From Luteibacter sp. (lineage in GTDB: Bacteria > Pseudomonadota > Gammaproteobacteria > Xanthomonadales > Rhodanobacteraceae), in assembly GCF_051958795.1 (NCBI RefSeq), contig NZ_JBQCFT010000249.1, forward strand, positions 5,800 through 69,799: a stretch of DNA of 64,000 bases, in the 5' to 3' direction. Of this stretch, positions 22,851 through 32,973 are shown piece by piece. The notes below the pieces were generated by a model. It did no database searches and was not told where the DNA came from. It saw only the letters and a list, made by a program, of their open reading frames with translations. Each line of letters begins with the position of its first letter. Position 1 is the first letter of the stretch. A program made the translations under genes and the position numbers.

Positions 22851-24500
22851 TCAGGCGTTGCGACGCGGCCAGCCCGCGCTGAAGGACACCACGCCCAGCA
22901 CGGCGGCGACCACCGCCGGCCACATGCCGCGCGGCGCGAGCGTGCCGACCAGCGCAGCGCAGATGAACAGCGACGAGCCAAGCATGCCGAAGGCGAGCAG
23001 GCGCCGCGTACGTCGCGCCTCGTCCTGCGCCAGCAGCAGGGCGCGCGGATCCGCCACCTCGCGTCGCTCGCCGCTGGCCACCTGGCGCAACGCATCGCGC
23101 ACCAGCTCCGGCACGCGCGGCGCGGTGTGGATCCACTCGGGCAGGCGTCGGCGTACATCGCGCAGCGTGGCGCGCACGCTGTAGCGCTCGCGCAGGATCC
23201 GGCGCAGTACCGGATGGGCCACCGCCCAGATATCGATCTCGGGGTCGAGCATGCGGCCGACGCCTTCGATATTGAGCAGCGTCTTCTGCAACAGGATCAG
23301 CTGAGGCTGCAAGGTGAGTTCGAAGCGGCGCGCGGTCTGGAACAGCTTCACCACCAGCTCGGCAATGGAGATCTGCGACAGCGGGCGCGTGAAGTACGGC
23401 TCGCACACCGTGCGGACGGCGGCCTCGAGCTCGTCCAGGCGGATCGTGGAAGGCATCCAGCCAGCGGCGACATGCAGTTGCGCGATACGCGCATAGTCCC
23501 GCTCGAACAGCGCGATGAAGTTCTCGGCCAGCCAGTACTGGTCGGCTTCCGGCAGCGAACCCATGATGCCGAAATCCAGCGCGATGAAGCGCGGCTCGTC
23601 GATCCGTGCGGTGTCTACCCAGATGTTTCCGGGGTGCGCGTCGGCGTGGAAGAAGTTATCGCGGAACACCTGTTCGTAGAACAGCCGCACGCCCTTTTCG
23701 GCAAGATGCTTGCGATCGAGGCCGGCGGCGTCGATCGCCGCGATGTCGTCGGCGCTCACGCCACGCACGCGTTCCAGGGTCAGTGCACGCTCGGTGCTGA
23801 GCTCCCAGATCACCTCGGGCACGTAGAGGTCGATGCCGCTGGCGAAATTCCGGCGGAGCAGGCTGGCGCTCGCGCCTTCGCGCTGCAGGTCCAGCTCGTT
23901 GTCGAGCATCTTTTCCACTTCCGCCACGACTTCCAGCGGGCGGATCTTGTCGGCATTCGGGTGCCAGCGCTGGGCGAGCTCGCCCAGCGAGTGCAGCAGG
24001 TCGATATCGCGTGCGATCCGCTTGTCGATACCCGGGCGCAGCACCTTCACCACGACCTCGCGGCCATCGTGCAGCGTGGCCGCGTGCACCTGCGCGATGG
24101 ACGCGGAGGCGAGCGGCACTTCATCGAACGAACCGAACAGCGTGGTGACCGGCGCCTTGAGCTCGCGCTCGATGATCGCGCGTGCCTCGCCCCCCGGGAA
24201 GGGAGGTACCTGGTCCTGCAACAGGGCGAGCTCGTCGGCGACATCGGCCGGCACGAGGTCGCGCCGTGTCGACAGCACCTGGCCGGCCTTGACGAAGATC
24301 GGGCCGAGCTCGGTCATCGCCAGGCGCAGCCGGGCCCCGCGGGGCAGGCCACGCGCATCCGCCGGAAGCTTCGGGAAGAACGGCCGGACCAGCTTCAGCG
24401 GACGGAAAAGATGCGCACCATCGACGAGTTCGTCGAGATGGTACTTCAACAGGATGGCGGCGACGCGCAGCAGGCGCGGTGCAAGGCGCAGCGGCGTCAT
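22851..24500 (-). CDS. ubiB: Ubiquinone biosynthesis regulatory kinase UbiB
   Basis: [44 protein letters not shown] and DFGIMG motifs. Confidence 0.96.
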   Translation of the reverse strand: MTPLRLAPRLLRVAAILLKYHLDELVDGAHLFRPLKLVRPFFPKLPADARGLPRGARLRLAMTELGPIFVKAGQVLSTRRDLVPADVADELALLQDQVPPFPGGEARAIIERELKAPVTTLFGSFDEVPLASASIAQVHAATLHDGREVVVKVLRPGIDKRIARDIDLLHSLGELAQRWHPNADKIRPLEVVAEVEKMLDNELDLQREGASASLLRRNFASGIDLYVPEVIWELSTERALTLERVRGVSADDIAAIDAAGLDRKHLAEKGVRLFYEQVFRDNFFHADAHPGNIWVDTARIDEPRFIALDFGIMGSLPEADQYWLAENFIALFERDYARIAQLHVAAGWMPSTIRLDELEAAVRTVCEPYFTRPLSQISIAELVVKLFQTARRFELTLQPQLILLQKTLLNIEGVGRMLDPEIDIWAVAHPVLRRILRERYSVRATLRDVRRRLPEWIHTAPRVPELVRDALRQVASGERREVADPRALLLAQDEARRTRRLLAFGMLGSSLFICAALVGTLAPRGMWPAVVAAVLGVVSFSAGWPRRNA

Positions 24501-25165
24501 GCGCCGCTCCCCTTGCGTGCCCGTTCCAGCCGGGCCAGTCGCGCTTCCAGGCGTTCGGTGCGTTCGCGCAGTGCATCCACGCCGTCGAGGAAGGCTTCGG
24601 CTTCGCCCGGTGCCACGGCGACACGACCCTCGTCACGCAGCCAATCGGCACCGTCCTCAACGAGGTGCCTGCCGGATTCGCGCGCGTGGGCGAGGCCTTC
24701 GCGCAGCGCCTTCGCCAGGGCCACGCCCAGCGTGTCGCCGAAGGTCTTGGCGAAGGCTTCTTCGACATCCGGCGCGTACTGGCGGGCCAGCCGTTCCAGG
24801 CGACGCGCGAGCTCGGCGTCACCGGCGATATCCACCTTGCCCGGTGCGACGCCATCATCGTCGCCGCGCAACGCCATCGCCAACAGGCTGCCCGGCGAGG
24901 CCGTGACGCGCAGGCTGCCGCCGTCTTCCGGCGGGCCGACGCGCAGGCGGCCCTTCTCGACCGAGATGCGCAGTGCCAGCTCCGGACCGCTCAGGTGCAC
25001 CTGCACGCTGCGGCCATCGAGTGCATCGAGGCGCGCGCGGGTATCCGGATCCAGGTCGACTGCGCGGTTGAGCGCGGCCTCCATGGCGCGGCCGGCCAGG
25101 GCACGCAGGGGGCGGGGCAGGAAGCGATTCGGGCCAGCGTCGGCCGGGGAGCGATCAGGGGTCAT
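24497..25165 (-). CDS. ubiJ: Ubiquinone biosynthesis accessory factor UbiJ (SCP2 domain)
   Basis: SCP2-like N-terminus, [12 protein letters not shown] and a C-terminal coiled coil; overlaps the ubiB start. Confidence 0.9.
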   Translation of the reverse strand: MTPDRSPADAGPNRFLPRPLRALAGRAMEAALNRAVDLDPDTRARLDALDGRSVQVHLSGPELALRISVEKGRLRVGPPEDGGSLRVTASPGSLLAMALRGDDDGVAPGKVDIAGDAELARRLERLARQYAPDVEEAFAKTFGDTLGVALAKALREGLAHARESGRHLVEDGADWLRDEGRVAVAPGEAEAFLDGVDALRERTERLEARLARLERARKGSGA

Positions 25166-25216
25166 GCCGCGATTGTAGCCCGTGGCCCCGTGGACGACGT
25201 ATCCACGATGTCGCGG

Positions 25217-25681
25217 TCAGCCCGCGCCGTCGAACCCGGCCTGGCGCCACGCCTCGAACACCGCTACCGCGACGGCATTGGAGAGGTTGAGGCTGCGGTT
25301 GCCTGGACGCATCGGCAGGCGGATGCGTTGCGGCTCGGGGATCGCGTCCAGTACGTCATCGGGCAGGCCCGCGGTTTCGCAACCGAACAGCAGGGCGTCG
25401 TCTTCCGCGTACGTCACGTCGGTGTGCAGGTGCCTTCCGCGCGTGGAGAAGGCAAAGACACGTGGCTGGCCAAGGACCGCGAGGCAGCTGGCGAGATCAT
25501 CGTGCACGCTGACCGGGGCGAACTCGTGGTAGTCCAGGCCCGCGCGGCGCAGCCGGGTGTCGTCCAGTTCGAAGCCCAGCGGGCGGATCAGGTGAAGGCT
25601 CGCGCCGGTGTTGGCGCAGAGGCGGATCACATTGCCCGTGTTGGGCGGAATCTCGGGTCGGAACAGGATGACGTGGGGCAT
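25217..25681 (-). CDS. trmL: tRNA (cytidine(34)-2'-O)-methyltransferase
   Basis: PEIPPNTGNVIRLC, RRAGLDYHE, FGCETAGLP and RSLNLSNAVAV motifs. Confidence 0.95.
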   Translation of the reverse strand: MPHVILFRPEIPPNTGNVIRLCANTGASLHLIRPLGFELDDTRLRRAGLDYHEFAPVSVHDDLASCLAVLGQPRVFAFSTRGRHLHTDVTYAEDDALLFGCETAGLPDDVLDAIPEPQRIRLPMRPGNRSLNLSNAVAVAVFEAWRQAGFDGAG

Positions 25682-25688
25682 GCCCCCA

Positions 25689-25898
25689 TTATGACGCCAC
25701 GCGCGGGCAAACGATGCCATCCGGGGGAAGGGCGCAGCTCGGTGCCGTCAGCATGCTGATGGCGCCAGGCGCTGGCTTCGCCGCCTTGGCCAGCTGCACC
25801 GGGGCACCCTGGTAAGTGAGCATGTTGCCCAGGATCAGGCCGCAGACCAGCAGCGAGGCGACCAGCAGGCCACGGAGGACGAGTAGTTCGTGTTTCAT
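25689..25898 (-). CDS. Small membrane protein (69 aa) with C-terminal CALPPDGIVC
   Basis: AAGGGA RBS, one hydrophobic helix, two C-terminal Cys. Confidence 0.65.
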   Translation of the reverse strand: MKHELLVLRGLLVASLLVCGLILGNMLTYQGAPVQLAKAAKPAPGAISMLTAPSCALPPDGIVCPRVAS

Positions 25899-25930
25899 GA
25901 CATCGGTTCCCTTGATGAGCGGATGAGGGG

Positions 25931-26014
25931 TCAGGCCATGCCGGCCAGGGTGAGGGCGCAGATCAGCATCGTCGTGGCGAGCAGGGCGGCGAGCATCGGC
26001 AGTTCGTACTTCAT
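25931..26014 (-). CDS. 27-aa hydrophobic microprotein MKYELPMLAALLATTMLICALTLAGMA
   Basis: GAGGAG RBS; similar to the N-terminus of the downstream 69-aa ORF. Confidence 0.55.
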   Translation of the reverse strand: MKYELPMLAALLATTMLICALTLAGMA

Positions 26015-26283
26015 GGCGTTCTCCTCGAAGGATTCGGTGGGCCGGGTGGAAGTCCCGGGGCGTGCTTAGTAACGCAAACGCCGTGCCAGCCCTTTAGAGT
26101 CGGCAATCAACTGATTCGCATGAGGTTTGTCAGGTCGTGGGAAATCGCGACGGTGTCCGCGGACACGACCGGCAGCCAGGCGGACACCGTCCGCGTACGT
26201 GCCGTGCGACCGATTGCGCGACATGGACCGCAACGGCTAGCCTCAGGGGAGAAACGGGCCACGGAGGCCTGGAGGAGCCGTGC

Positions 26284-29151
26284 ATGAAGAAACGTCTCGC
26301 CCTGCTGGCCGCAGGCATGATGACCGTCGTGGGTGCCGCCGCCGCGGCCGCTCCCACCGCCGACACCATTCCCGATATCCCCTTCACCCGCTTCCAGCTG
26401 CCGAATGGCCTGACGGTGGTCGTCCACGAGGACCACAAGGCGCCTGTCGTTGCAGTCAGCATCTGGTACCACGTGGGTTCGGCGGATGAGCCGGCCGGCA
26501 AGACCGGTTTCGCGCACCTTTTCGAGCACCTGATGTTCTCCGGCTCGGAGAATCACAAGGGCACGTACTTCCAGCCGTTCGAGCTGGCTGGTGCGACCGA
26601 CATGAACGGCACCACGTGGTTCGACCGCACCAATTACTTTGAAACGGTGCCCACCACTGCCGTCGACATGGCGCTGTGGATGGAATCCGACCGCATGGGC
26701 CACCTGCTCGGTGCCATCGGCCAGAAGGAGCTGGATACCCAGCGTGGCGTCGTCCAGAACGAAAAGCGCCAGGGTGAGAACCAGCCCTACGGCCGCGTGG
26801 ACGAGAACATCCTGGTCAACACGTATCCGGCCAACCACGCCTATCACCACGACACCATCGGCTCCATGGCCGACCTGGATGCAGCGTCGCTGGCGGACGT
26901 GAAGAAGTGGTTCCACGATTACTACGGCGCGGCCAACACGACGCTCGTGCTCGCCGGCGACATCACCGTCGCCCAGGCGAAGGAGAAGGCCGCGAAGTAC
27001 TTCGGTGACATCCCGTCCGGGCCGCCGGTACCGCGCCAGCAGGCGTGGATCACCCCGCTCGACAAGGACACCCGCGGCATCCAGCACGACCAGGTGGCGC
27101 AGCCGCGCATCCTGCGCACGTGGATCGCGCCGCAGCTGGGCAGCGACGATGCCATCGGCCTCGATCTCGCCACCACCGTCCTCGGCGGCGGCAAGACCTC
27201 GCGTCTTTACCAGCGCCTCGTCTACCAGGACAAGCTGGCTGACGATGTCAGCATCGGCATCTCCCCGTTTGCGCTCGCGAGCCAGGTCCAGCTCTCGGTC
27301 GACGTGAAGAAGGGCGTCGACCAGAAGAAGGTCGAGGCCGCGGTCGCCGATGTACTGAAGGAATTCCTTGCCAAGGGTCCGACGGATGACGAGCTCGAGC
27401 GGGCGAAGACCATCATCCGGGCCGGTTTCGTGCGCGGGCTGGAAAAGGTCGGCGGCCGTGGGGGCGGCAAGGCCACCATCCTCGCCGAAGGCCAGGTGTA
27501 TCGGAACGATCCGGGCGCCTACAAGAAGGACCTCGAGCGTGCGGAGGCGGCCACGCCGGCATCCGTGCTCGCCGCGTCCAAGGCATGGCTGGGCAAGGGC
27601 AGCTACACGCTGACCGTGCTTCCGGCCGCACCCGGCTTCGATCCGGCGGCGGAAGACAAGGCAGTAAAGGGCCTGGGCGATGCCGCGGGCCGTCCTGCCG
27701 CGGTGATGCCGCCTGAGAAAACGTACGCGGTCGAAAAGTCGGCCGTGGATCGCGCGACCGGCGTACCGTCGGTCACGACGTTCCCTGATCTCACGTTCCC
27801 GAAGCTCCAGCGCGGGAAGCTCAAGAACGGTATCGAAGTCGTGCTGGCCGAACGCCACACCATCCCGGTGACCCAGGTGCAGTTGCTCTTCAGTGGCGGC
27901 TACGCTGCCGACCAGGGCCGCAAGCTCGGTACCGCGAGCTTCACCTCGCAGCTGCTCGAAGAAAGCACGAAGTCACTGGACTCGGTCGAGGTCGCGCGTC
28001 GTAAGCAGCGGCTGGGTGCGATCGTCGCTTCCGGGTGCTCGCTGGATACCTGCAGCATCTCGCTCAACGCGCTGAATTCCGACCTGCGCCCGTCGCTGGA
28101 GCTGTTCGCGGATGTCGCGCGGAATCCCGCATTCAAGGCGGAAGACATCGAGCGCGTGCGCGGCCAGTGGATCGCTGGCATCGCGCAGGAGAAGACCGAG
28201 CCGGAGGGCCTGGCGCTGCGCACGCTCCCGCCGCTGCTGTTCGGCAAGGACCACGCCTACGGCATCCCGTTCACCGGCAGCGGCACGGAAAAGGCGATCG
28301 CCTCGCTCACCGCCGCGGACCTGGCGAACTTCCAGCGCGACTACCTGCGCCCGGATAACGCACGCATCCTCGTCGCGGGCGACACCACCCTGGCCGAGAT
28401 CCTGCCGCAGCTCGACGCAGTGTTCGGTGACTGGACCCCGCCGGCCACGCCGGTGCCGAAGCGGAACGTCGGCGAAGTCGCCGTGCAGCCGAAGCCGCGC
28501 GTGTACCTGGTGAATCGCACGGACGCGCCGCAGTCGCTGATCCTCGCCGGGCTTATCGCGCCGTCGACGAAGGCGAAGGACGCGCTTGACCTCGGCATCG
28601 CCAACGGTGCCTTCGGCGGCAGCTTCACCTCGCGCCTGAACATGAACCTGCGCGAGGACAAGCGCTGGGCCTACGGCGCCGGCAGCTTCCTCCTCGATGC
28701 GCAGGGCCAGCGTCCGGTGCTGTTCTACGCGCCGGTGCAGACCGACAAGACCGCGGAGTCGGCTGCGGAAATCCTCAGGGAGTCGCGCGACGTCATCGGG
28801 GCAAAGCCGCTGACGGCTGACGAAATCGCCAAGATCCGCTCGCAGCGCGTGCGTGCCCTCCCGGGCAGCTTCGAGACGACCTCGGCCGTGCTCGGCGCGA
28901 TGAACGGCATCCTGATCTACGACCGCCCGGATGATTACGTGCAGACGTTGAAGTCACGTGTCGATGCGGTCAACCAGGGCTCCGCGGAGACCGCCCTCAA
29001 GGCGGTATTGAAGCCGGATGCGTTCACCTGGGTGATCATCGGCGACCTGCGCAAAATCGAGGCGCCCGTGCGTGCCCTGAACCTTGGCGAGGTCCACGTC
29101 ATCGATGCCGACGGCAACCCGGTCAAGGCCGCGAAACCGGCTGGCAAGTGA
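26284..29151 (+). CDS. Periplasmic M16 (pitrilysin-family) zinc protease
   Basis: Signal peptide, HLFEH (HxxEH) motif, duplicated M16 domains. Confidence 0.93.
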   Translation: MKKRLALLAAGMMTVVGAAAAAAPTADTIPDIPFTRFQLPNGLTVVVHEDHKAPVVAVSIWYHVGSADEPAGKTGFAHLFEHLMFSGSENHKGTYFQPFELAGATDMNGTTWFDRTNYFETVPTTAVDMALWMESDRMGHLLGAIGQKELDTQRGVVQNEKRQGENQPYGRVDENILVNTYPANHAYHHDTIGSMADLDAASLADVKKWFHDYYGAANTTLVLAGDITVAQAKEKAAKYFGDIPSGPPVPRQQAWITPLDKDTRGIQHDQVAQPRILRTWIAPQLGSDDAIGLDLATTVLGGGKTSRLYQRLVYQDKLADDVSIGISPFALASQVQLSVDVKKGVDQKKVEAAVADVLKEFLAKGPTDDELERAKTIIRAGFVRGLEKVGGRGGGKATILAEGQVYRNDPGAYKKDLERAEAATPASVLAASKAWLGKGSYTLTVLPAAPGFDPAAEDKAVKGLGDAAGRPAAVMPPEKTYAVEKSAVDRATGVPSVTTFPDLTFPKLQRGKLKNGIEVVLAERHTIPVTQVQLLFSGGYAADQGRKLGTASFTSQLLEESTKSLDSVEVARRKQRLGAIVASGCSLDTCSISLNALNSDLRPSLELFADVARNPAFKAEDIERVRGQWIAGIAQEKTEPEGLALRTLPPLLFGKDHAYGIPFTGSGTEKAIASLTAADLANFQRDYLRPDNARILVAGDTTLAEILPQLDAVFGDWTPPATPVPKRNVGEVAVQPKPRVYLVNRTDAPQSLILAGLIAPSTKAKDALDLGIANGAFGGSFTSRLNMNLREDKRWAYGAGSFLLDAQGQRPVLFYAPVQTDKTAESAAEILRESRDVIGAKPLTADEIAKIRSQRVRALPGSFETTSAVLGAMNGILIYDRPDDYVQTLKSRVDAVNQGSAETALKAVLKPDAFTWVIIGDLRKIEAPVRALNLGEVHVIDADGNPVKAAKPAGK

Positions 29152-29244
29152 CTGATGGCGAAGGCGCGGGGAGAATTCTCATCGCGCCTTCGCTTCCATC
29201 GGGCTAGCATTGCCCCCGAACGCGACATGCCACCGGAGCCACCC

Positions 29245-29664
29245 ATGCGTAAAGCCGTCCTTATCCTCATCCCCCTTGCCACGCTCGCGCTGAGCGCGTG
29301 TGACTGGGGCATCAAGCTCGATGACAAGGCGCGCAACGTGCGCACCGCGTGGAACGGCGATGTCAGCCAGTGCAAGGAGCAGGGCAAGGTCAGCGTTTCC
29401 GTCACCAGCCGCGTCGGCCCTGTCGACCGCAGCGACCTGAAGGTGCGCGACGAACTCGAAGTCCTTGCCCGCAACGAAGCCGCGAAGCTCGGCGCCGATA
29501 CCGTGAAGCCGATTGGCGAGCCGCGCGATGGCTCGCAGGACTGGGGCGCCTACACCTGCGGTAGCCGCGTGGTCGGCCCGCAGGGCAACAGCGCGCCGCC
29601 TCCGCCCGCGCAGAACAGCGCGCCGCAGCAGGGCGGCTTCGAAACTGTCCCGCTGAAGAACTGA
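29245..29664 (+). CDS. DUF4156-like lipoprotein
   Basis: Lipobox LSAC, C..GKV and ARNEAAKLGADTV motifs. Confidence 0.75.
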   Translation: MRKAVLILIPLATLALSACDWGIKLDDKARNVRTAWNGDVSQCKEQGKVSVSVTSRVGPVDRSDLKVRDELEVLARNEAAKLGADTVKPIGEPRDGSQDWGAYTCGSRVVGPQGNSAPPPPAQNSAPQQGGFETVPLKN

Positions 29665-29665
29665 T

Positions 29666-30583
29666 TCAAAGCATGCGCACGCCTTCGCCCGCACGCGCGG
29701 CGAAGGTCGTGGCCACCCAATCGATGAACACACGCACGCGCGGCGAAAGTTGCCGGTTGTGCGGGTAGAGCAGCGATACCGGGGTTTCGGTCGGCGGGTA
29801 CTCGGGTAAGACCTCGACCAGCCGACCTTCGGCGATGTCCGCCGCAACGTTGTAGTAGGGGACCTGGATCAGGCCCAGGCCCAGCCGGGCCAGCGTCTTG
29901 TTCGTCTCGGCCCCCGTCACGGTGACCACCGAGGGCAGGTGCACCGTGCGCACCTGGCCCTCCACCACGAACTCCAGCGGCAGCGTGCCGCTCGTCGCCG
30001 TCGAGAAGAAGCCGATCGCCGTGTGGCCCTCGAGGTCGTCGGGCGTGCGTGGCATGCCGTGCCGTTCCAGGTACTCCGGGCTGGCGAGCGTCACCTCGCG
30101 CAGCATCGCGATCCGGCGGCCGGCCATGCTGCTGTCGGCGAGGTCGCCAGCGCGTAGCACGCAGTCCACGCCTTCCCGCACCAGGTCGACCCAGCGGTCG
30201 CCCTCGCCGACATGCACCCGGAGCCCCGGGTAACGCGCCAGGAATTCCGGCAGGGCGGGCAGCACGAACGTCCGCGCCAGGATGCCGTGCATGTCGACCC
30301 TGAGCAGCCCGGTCGGGCGTGCGTCGGTGAACGCGGCCTCGGCGTCTTCGACGTCGGCAAGGATCGCGACACAGCGCCGATGGTAGGCCTCCCCATCCAG
30401 CGTGGGACTGACCTGGCGGGTGGTGCGCTGGAGCAGACGCACGCCGAGGCGGGCCTCCAGCCGCTTGATCGCCTGGGTTACCGTGGACCGGGGCAGGTCC
30501 AGGTCGGCGGCGGCCGCGGTGAAGCTCCGCCGCTCCACGATCCGGACGAACAGCCGCATGGTGTCGAACCGGTCCATGCTCAT
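29666..30583 (-). CDS. LysR-family regulator (CrgA-like)
   Basis: DRFDTMRLFVRIVERRSFTAAA, LLQRTTRQVSPT and EGVDCVLR motifs; divergent from the SDR pair. Confidence 0.93.
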   Translation of the reverse strand: MSMDRFDTMRLFVRIVERRSFTAAAADLDLPRSTVTQAIKRLEARLGVRLLQRTTRQVSPTLDGEAYHRRCVAILADVEDAEAAFTDARPTGLLRVDMHGILARTFVLPALPEFLARYPGLRVHVGEGDRWVDLVREGVDCVLRAGDLADSSMAGRRIAMLREVTLASPEYLERHGMPRTPDDLEGHTAIGFFSTATSGTLPLEFVVEGQVRTVHLPSVVTVTGAETNKTLARLGLGLIQVPYYNVAADIAEGRLVEVLPEYPPTETPVSLLYPHNRQLSPRVRVFIDWVATTFAARAGEGVRML

Positions 30584-30693
30584 GGTTTGTTCCACCGTGT
30601 GGAATAGTGATGCCCAATTTAACCTGATTATCCGCAGGCCGCCAACGCGCATCCTTTCCCTGCCCGGCAATCACGCCGGATCCGGAGATCGAG

Positions 30694-31437
30694 ATGAACG
30701 AGCAAGCGAACAACAAGGTTGCCATCGTCACGGGCGCCTCGCGGGGTATCGGTGCAGCGGTGGCGAAGCGCCTGGCGGCAGATGGATTCACGGTCGTCGT
30801 GAACTACGCCGGCAGCGCGCAGGCGGCCGAAGCCGTGGTGAACGAGATCGTCGCTGCCGGTGGCAATGCCATCAGCGCCCAGGCCGACGTGGCGAACGCG
30901 GCGGATACGAAGCGCCTGTTCGATCGGACTGAAGAGGTCTACGGCGGTGTCGACGTGCTGGTGAACAACGCCGGCGTGATGAGCCTGGCCCCGATCGCCG
31001 AACTGAAGGACGAAGATTTCGATCGCCTCTTCGACATCAACGTGAAGGGCAGCTACAACACGATGCGCCAGGCCGCGAAGCGCCTGCGCCGCGGTGGCCG
31101 CACCATCAACTTCTCATCCAGCGTCGTCGGCCTGCTCCAGCCGACCTACGGCCCTTATGCGGCCACCAAGGCCGCGATCGAAGCCACGACGATGGTGCTG
31201 GCGCGTGAGCTGCGCGGCCGCGAGATCACGGTGAACGCCGTCGCCCCTGGCCCGACCGCGACGGAGCTGTTCCTCAACGGGAAGTCCGACGAGCTGGTGA
31301 GCCACCTCGCGAAGCTCTCGCCGCTCGAGCGCCTCGGCACGCCCGAAGACATCGCTGCAGCGGTCGCCTTCCTCGCCGGTCCCGACGGTGCCTGGATCAA
31401 TGGCCAGGTGCTGCGTTCCAACGGCGGCATCATCTGA
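30694..31437 (+). CDS. Short-chain dehydrogenase/reductase
   Basis: TGASRGIG, NNAG and YAATK motifs. Confidence 0.93.
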   Translation: MNEQANNKVAIVTGASRGIGAAVAKRLAADGFTVVVNYAGSAQAAEAVVNEIVAAGGNAISAQADVANAADTKRLFDRTEEVYGGVDVLVNNAGVMSLAPIAELKDEDFDRLFDINVKGSYNTMRQAAKRLRRGGRTINFSSSVVGLLQPTYGPYAATKAAIEATTMVLARELRGREITVNAVAPGPTATELFLNGKSDELVSHLAKLSPLERLGTPEDIAAAVAFLAGPDGAWINGQVLRSNGGII

Positions 31438-31464
31438 CCCGCGCCGCGACCAGGAGACCTCCCC

Positions 31465-32358
31465 ATGAAGCAGATCATCCTCATCACGGGCGCTTCCAGT
31501 GGCTTCGGCCTGCTCACCGCGCGCGCCCTCGCCGATGCCGGCCACACCGTCTACGCAAGCATGCGTGACATCACCGGCCGCAACCACGCGCAGGCCGAGG
31601 CCGTGCTCGCCGAAGCGCGCGAGCGCAAGGTCGACCTCCGCGTCGTCGAGCTGGACGTGACCTCCGACGACTCGGCGAAGGCCGCCATCGCGACCGTCGT
31701 GCAGGAAGCCGGCCGCCTCGATGTCCTCGTGCACAATGCCGGCCACATGGTCTTCGGCCCGGCCGAAGCCTTCACCGCCGAACAGTACGCCCAGCTCTAC
31801 GACGTGAACGTACTCGGCACGCAGCGGGTGAACCGCGCGGCGCTGCCCGTGATGCGCAAGCAGGGCAAGGGCCTGCTGCTCTGGGTGTCGTCCAGCAGCA
31901 CGCGCGGTGGTACCCCGCCGTTCCTCGCGCCATATTTCGCGGCGAAGGCGGCCATGGATTCGCTCGCGGTCAGCTATGCCGGCGAACTCACGAAGTGGGG
32001 CATCGAAACCTCAATCATGGTGCCCGGCGCCTTCACCAAGGGCACCAACCACTTCGCCCATTCGGGCAAGCCTTCCGATACCGCGATTGAAGCGGAGTAC
32101 ATGGATGGCCCGTACGCCGGCATGCCCGATCGCATCCTCAAGGGCCTGGCTTCGCTCGAACCCGCCGATGCGGACGCTGGCGTGGTTGCCACGAAGATCG
32201 TGGAAGTGGTCGACATGCCGTTCGGCAAGCGTCCGTTCCGCGTGCATGTGGATCCCTCGCAGGATGGCGCGGAAATCGTCAACGGCGTGGCCGACCGCGT
32301 GCGCCGCGAGTTGTTCTACCGCGCGGGCATTGATGAGTTGCTGACGCCGGTGGGGTGA
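31465..32358 (+). CDS. Short-chain dehydrogenase/reductase
   Basis: TGASSGFG, HNAG and YFAAK motifs. Confidence 0.93.
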   Translation: MKQIILITGASSGFGLLTARALADAGHTVYASMRDITGRNHAQAEAVLAEARERKVDLRVVELDVTSDDSAKAAIATVVQEAGRLDVLVHNAGHMVFGPAEAFTAEQYAQLYDVNVLGTQRVNRAALPVMRKQGKGLLLWVSSSSTRGGTPPFLAPYFAAKAAMDSLAVSYAGELTKWGIETSIMVPGAFTKGTNHFAHSGKPSDTAIEAEYMDGPYAGMPDRILKGLASLEPADADAGVVATKIVEVVDMPFGKRPFRVHVDPSQDGAEIVNGVADRVRRELFYRAGIDELLTPVG

Positions 32359-32371
32359 GTTCCGGGGGTTG

Positions 32372-32466
32372 GTTGTGGGCGCGGGTTGGCGGGCGATGGG
32401 GTCCCCCGCACCCCCCAATCGGGTGCAACCACGCTCCCACAACAAGCTCCCACAACACGCTCCCCA
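32372..32466. repeat. Degenerate REP doublet plus partial tandem copies (GTGGGAGC family)
   Basis: GTTGTGGGCGCGGGTTG...CAACCACGCTCCCACAAC, then AAGCTCCCACAAC and ACGCTCCCCA, between convergent genes. Confidence 0.5.
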
Positions 32467-32469
32467 GGC

Positions 32470-32973
32470 TTACGGCGCGTAACGCGTAAACACCAGGTCG
32501 TGGTCTTTCACATTGGCCTTGTGGCACCCAAGACAGGTCTGGTGCTGGGCCAGGTCGACCGGCTTGCCATCGACGAAGCGGCCAAAGCCCCAGCCGCCCG
32601 ACGCGGCGTACTTCTTCGAGTCCTTCACCATCACCTGCACCGTCGTCGCCGCCCCGGGCACGAAGGCCGGGGCAAACTCCTTCGACTGCACGTGCTTCCA
32701 GGCCAGCTTCACCAGGATCGAACCATCGGGGAACGGCAGCGTCCCCTCGCGATACGCCTTGATGGCAATGTCGTTGCCGACCACGACGCGCAGCTCATCC
32801 AGTGGCGGGGTTTCATGCGCGGGCGCGATGAACTCCCAGTGCCGGTAGCCCTCAGGGACGGTCACCCCATAGAGCGGTGATTTCGCCGGCGTATCCGCCG
32901 TAGCCGCCAGCGTCACCGCCGTCGCGAAGGAGCCGGCGGCGATGGCGAACAGCGCGACGAGCGAACGCGTCAC
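32470..32973 (-). CDS. Cytochrome P460 family periplasmic heme protein
   Basis: Signal peptide, PEGYRHW, FPDGSILVK, VMVKDSKKY..GGWGF and C-terminal CLGCH. Confidence 0.85.
   Translation of the reverse strand: MTRSLVALFAIAAGSFATAVTLAATADTPAKSPLYGVTVPEGYRHWEFIAPAHETPPLDELRVVVGNDIAIKAYREGTLPFPDGSILVKLAWKHVQSKEFAPAFVPGAATTVQVMVKDSKKYAASGGWGFGRFVDGKPVDLAQHQTCLGCHKANVKDHDLVFTRYAP

Noticed and set aside
26107-27858. Long antisense ORFs opposite real genes (e.g. 26107-27858, 15451-16776, 16799-18505, 23127-25178, 47987-50029, 51094-53379, 60765-63221)
   Set aside because: Typical shadow ORFs of high-GC coding DNA; no motifs, and they fully overlap confident genes
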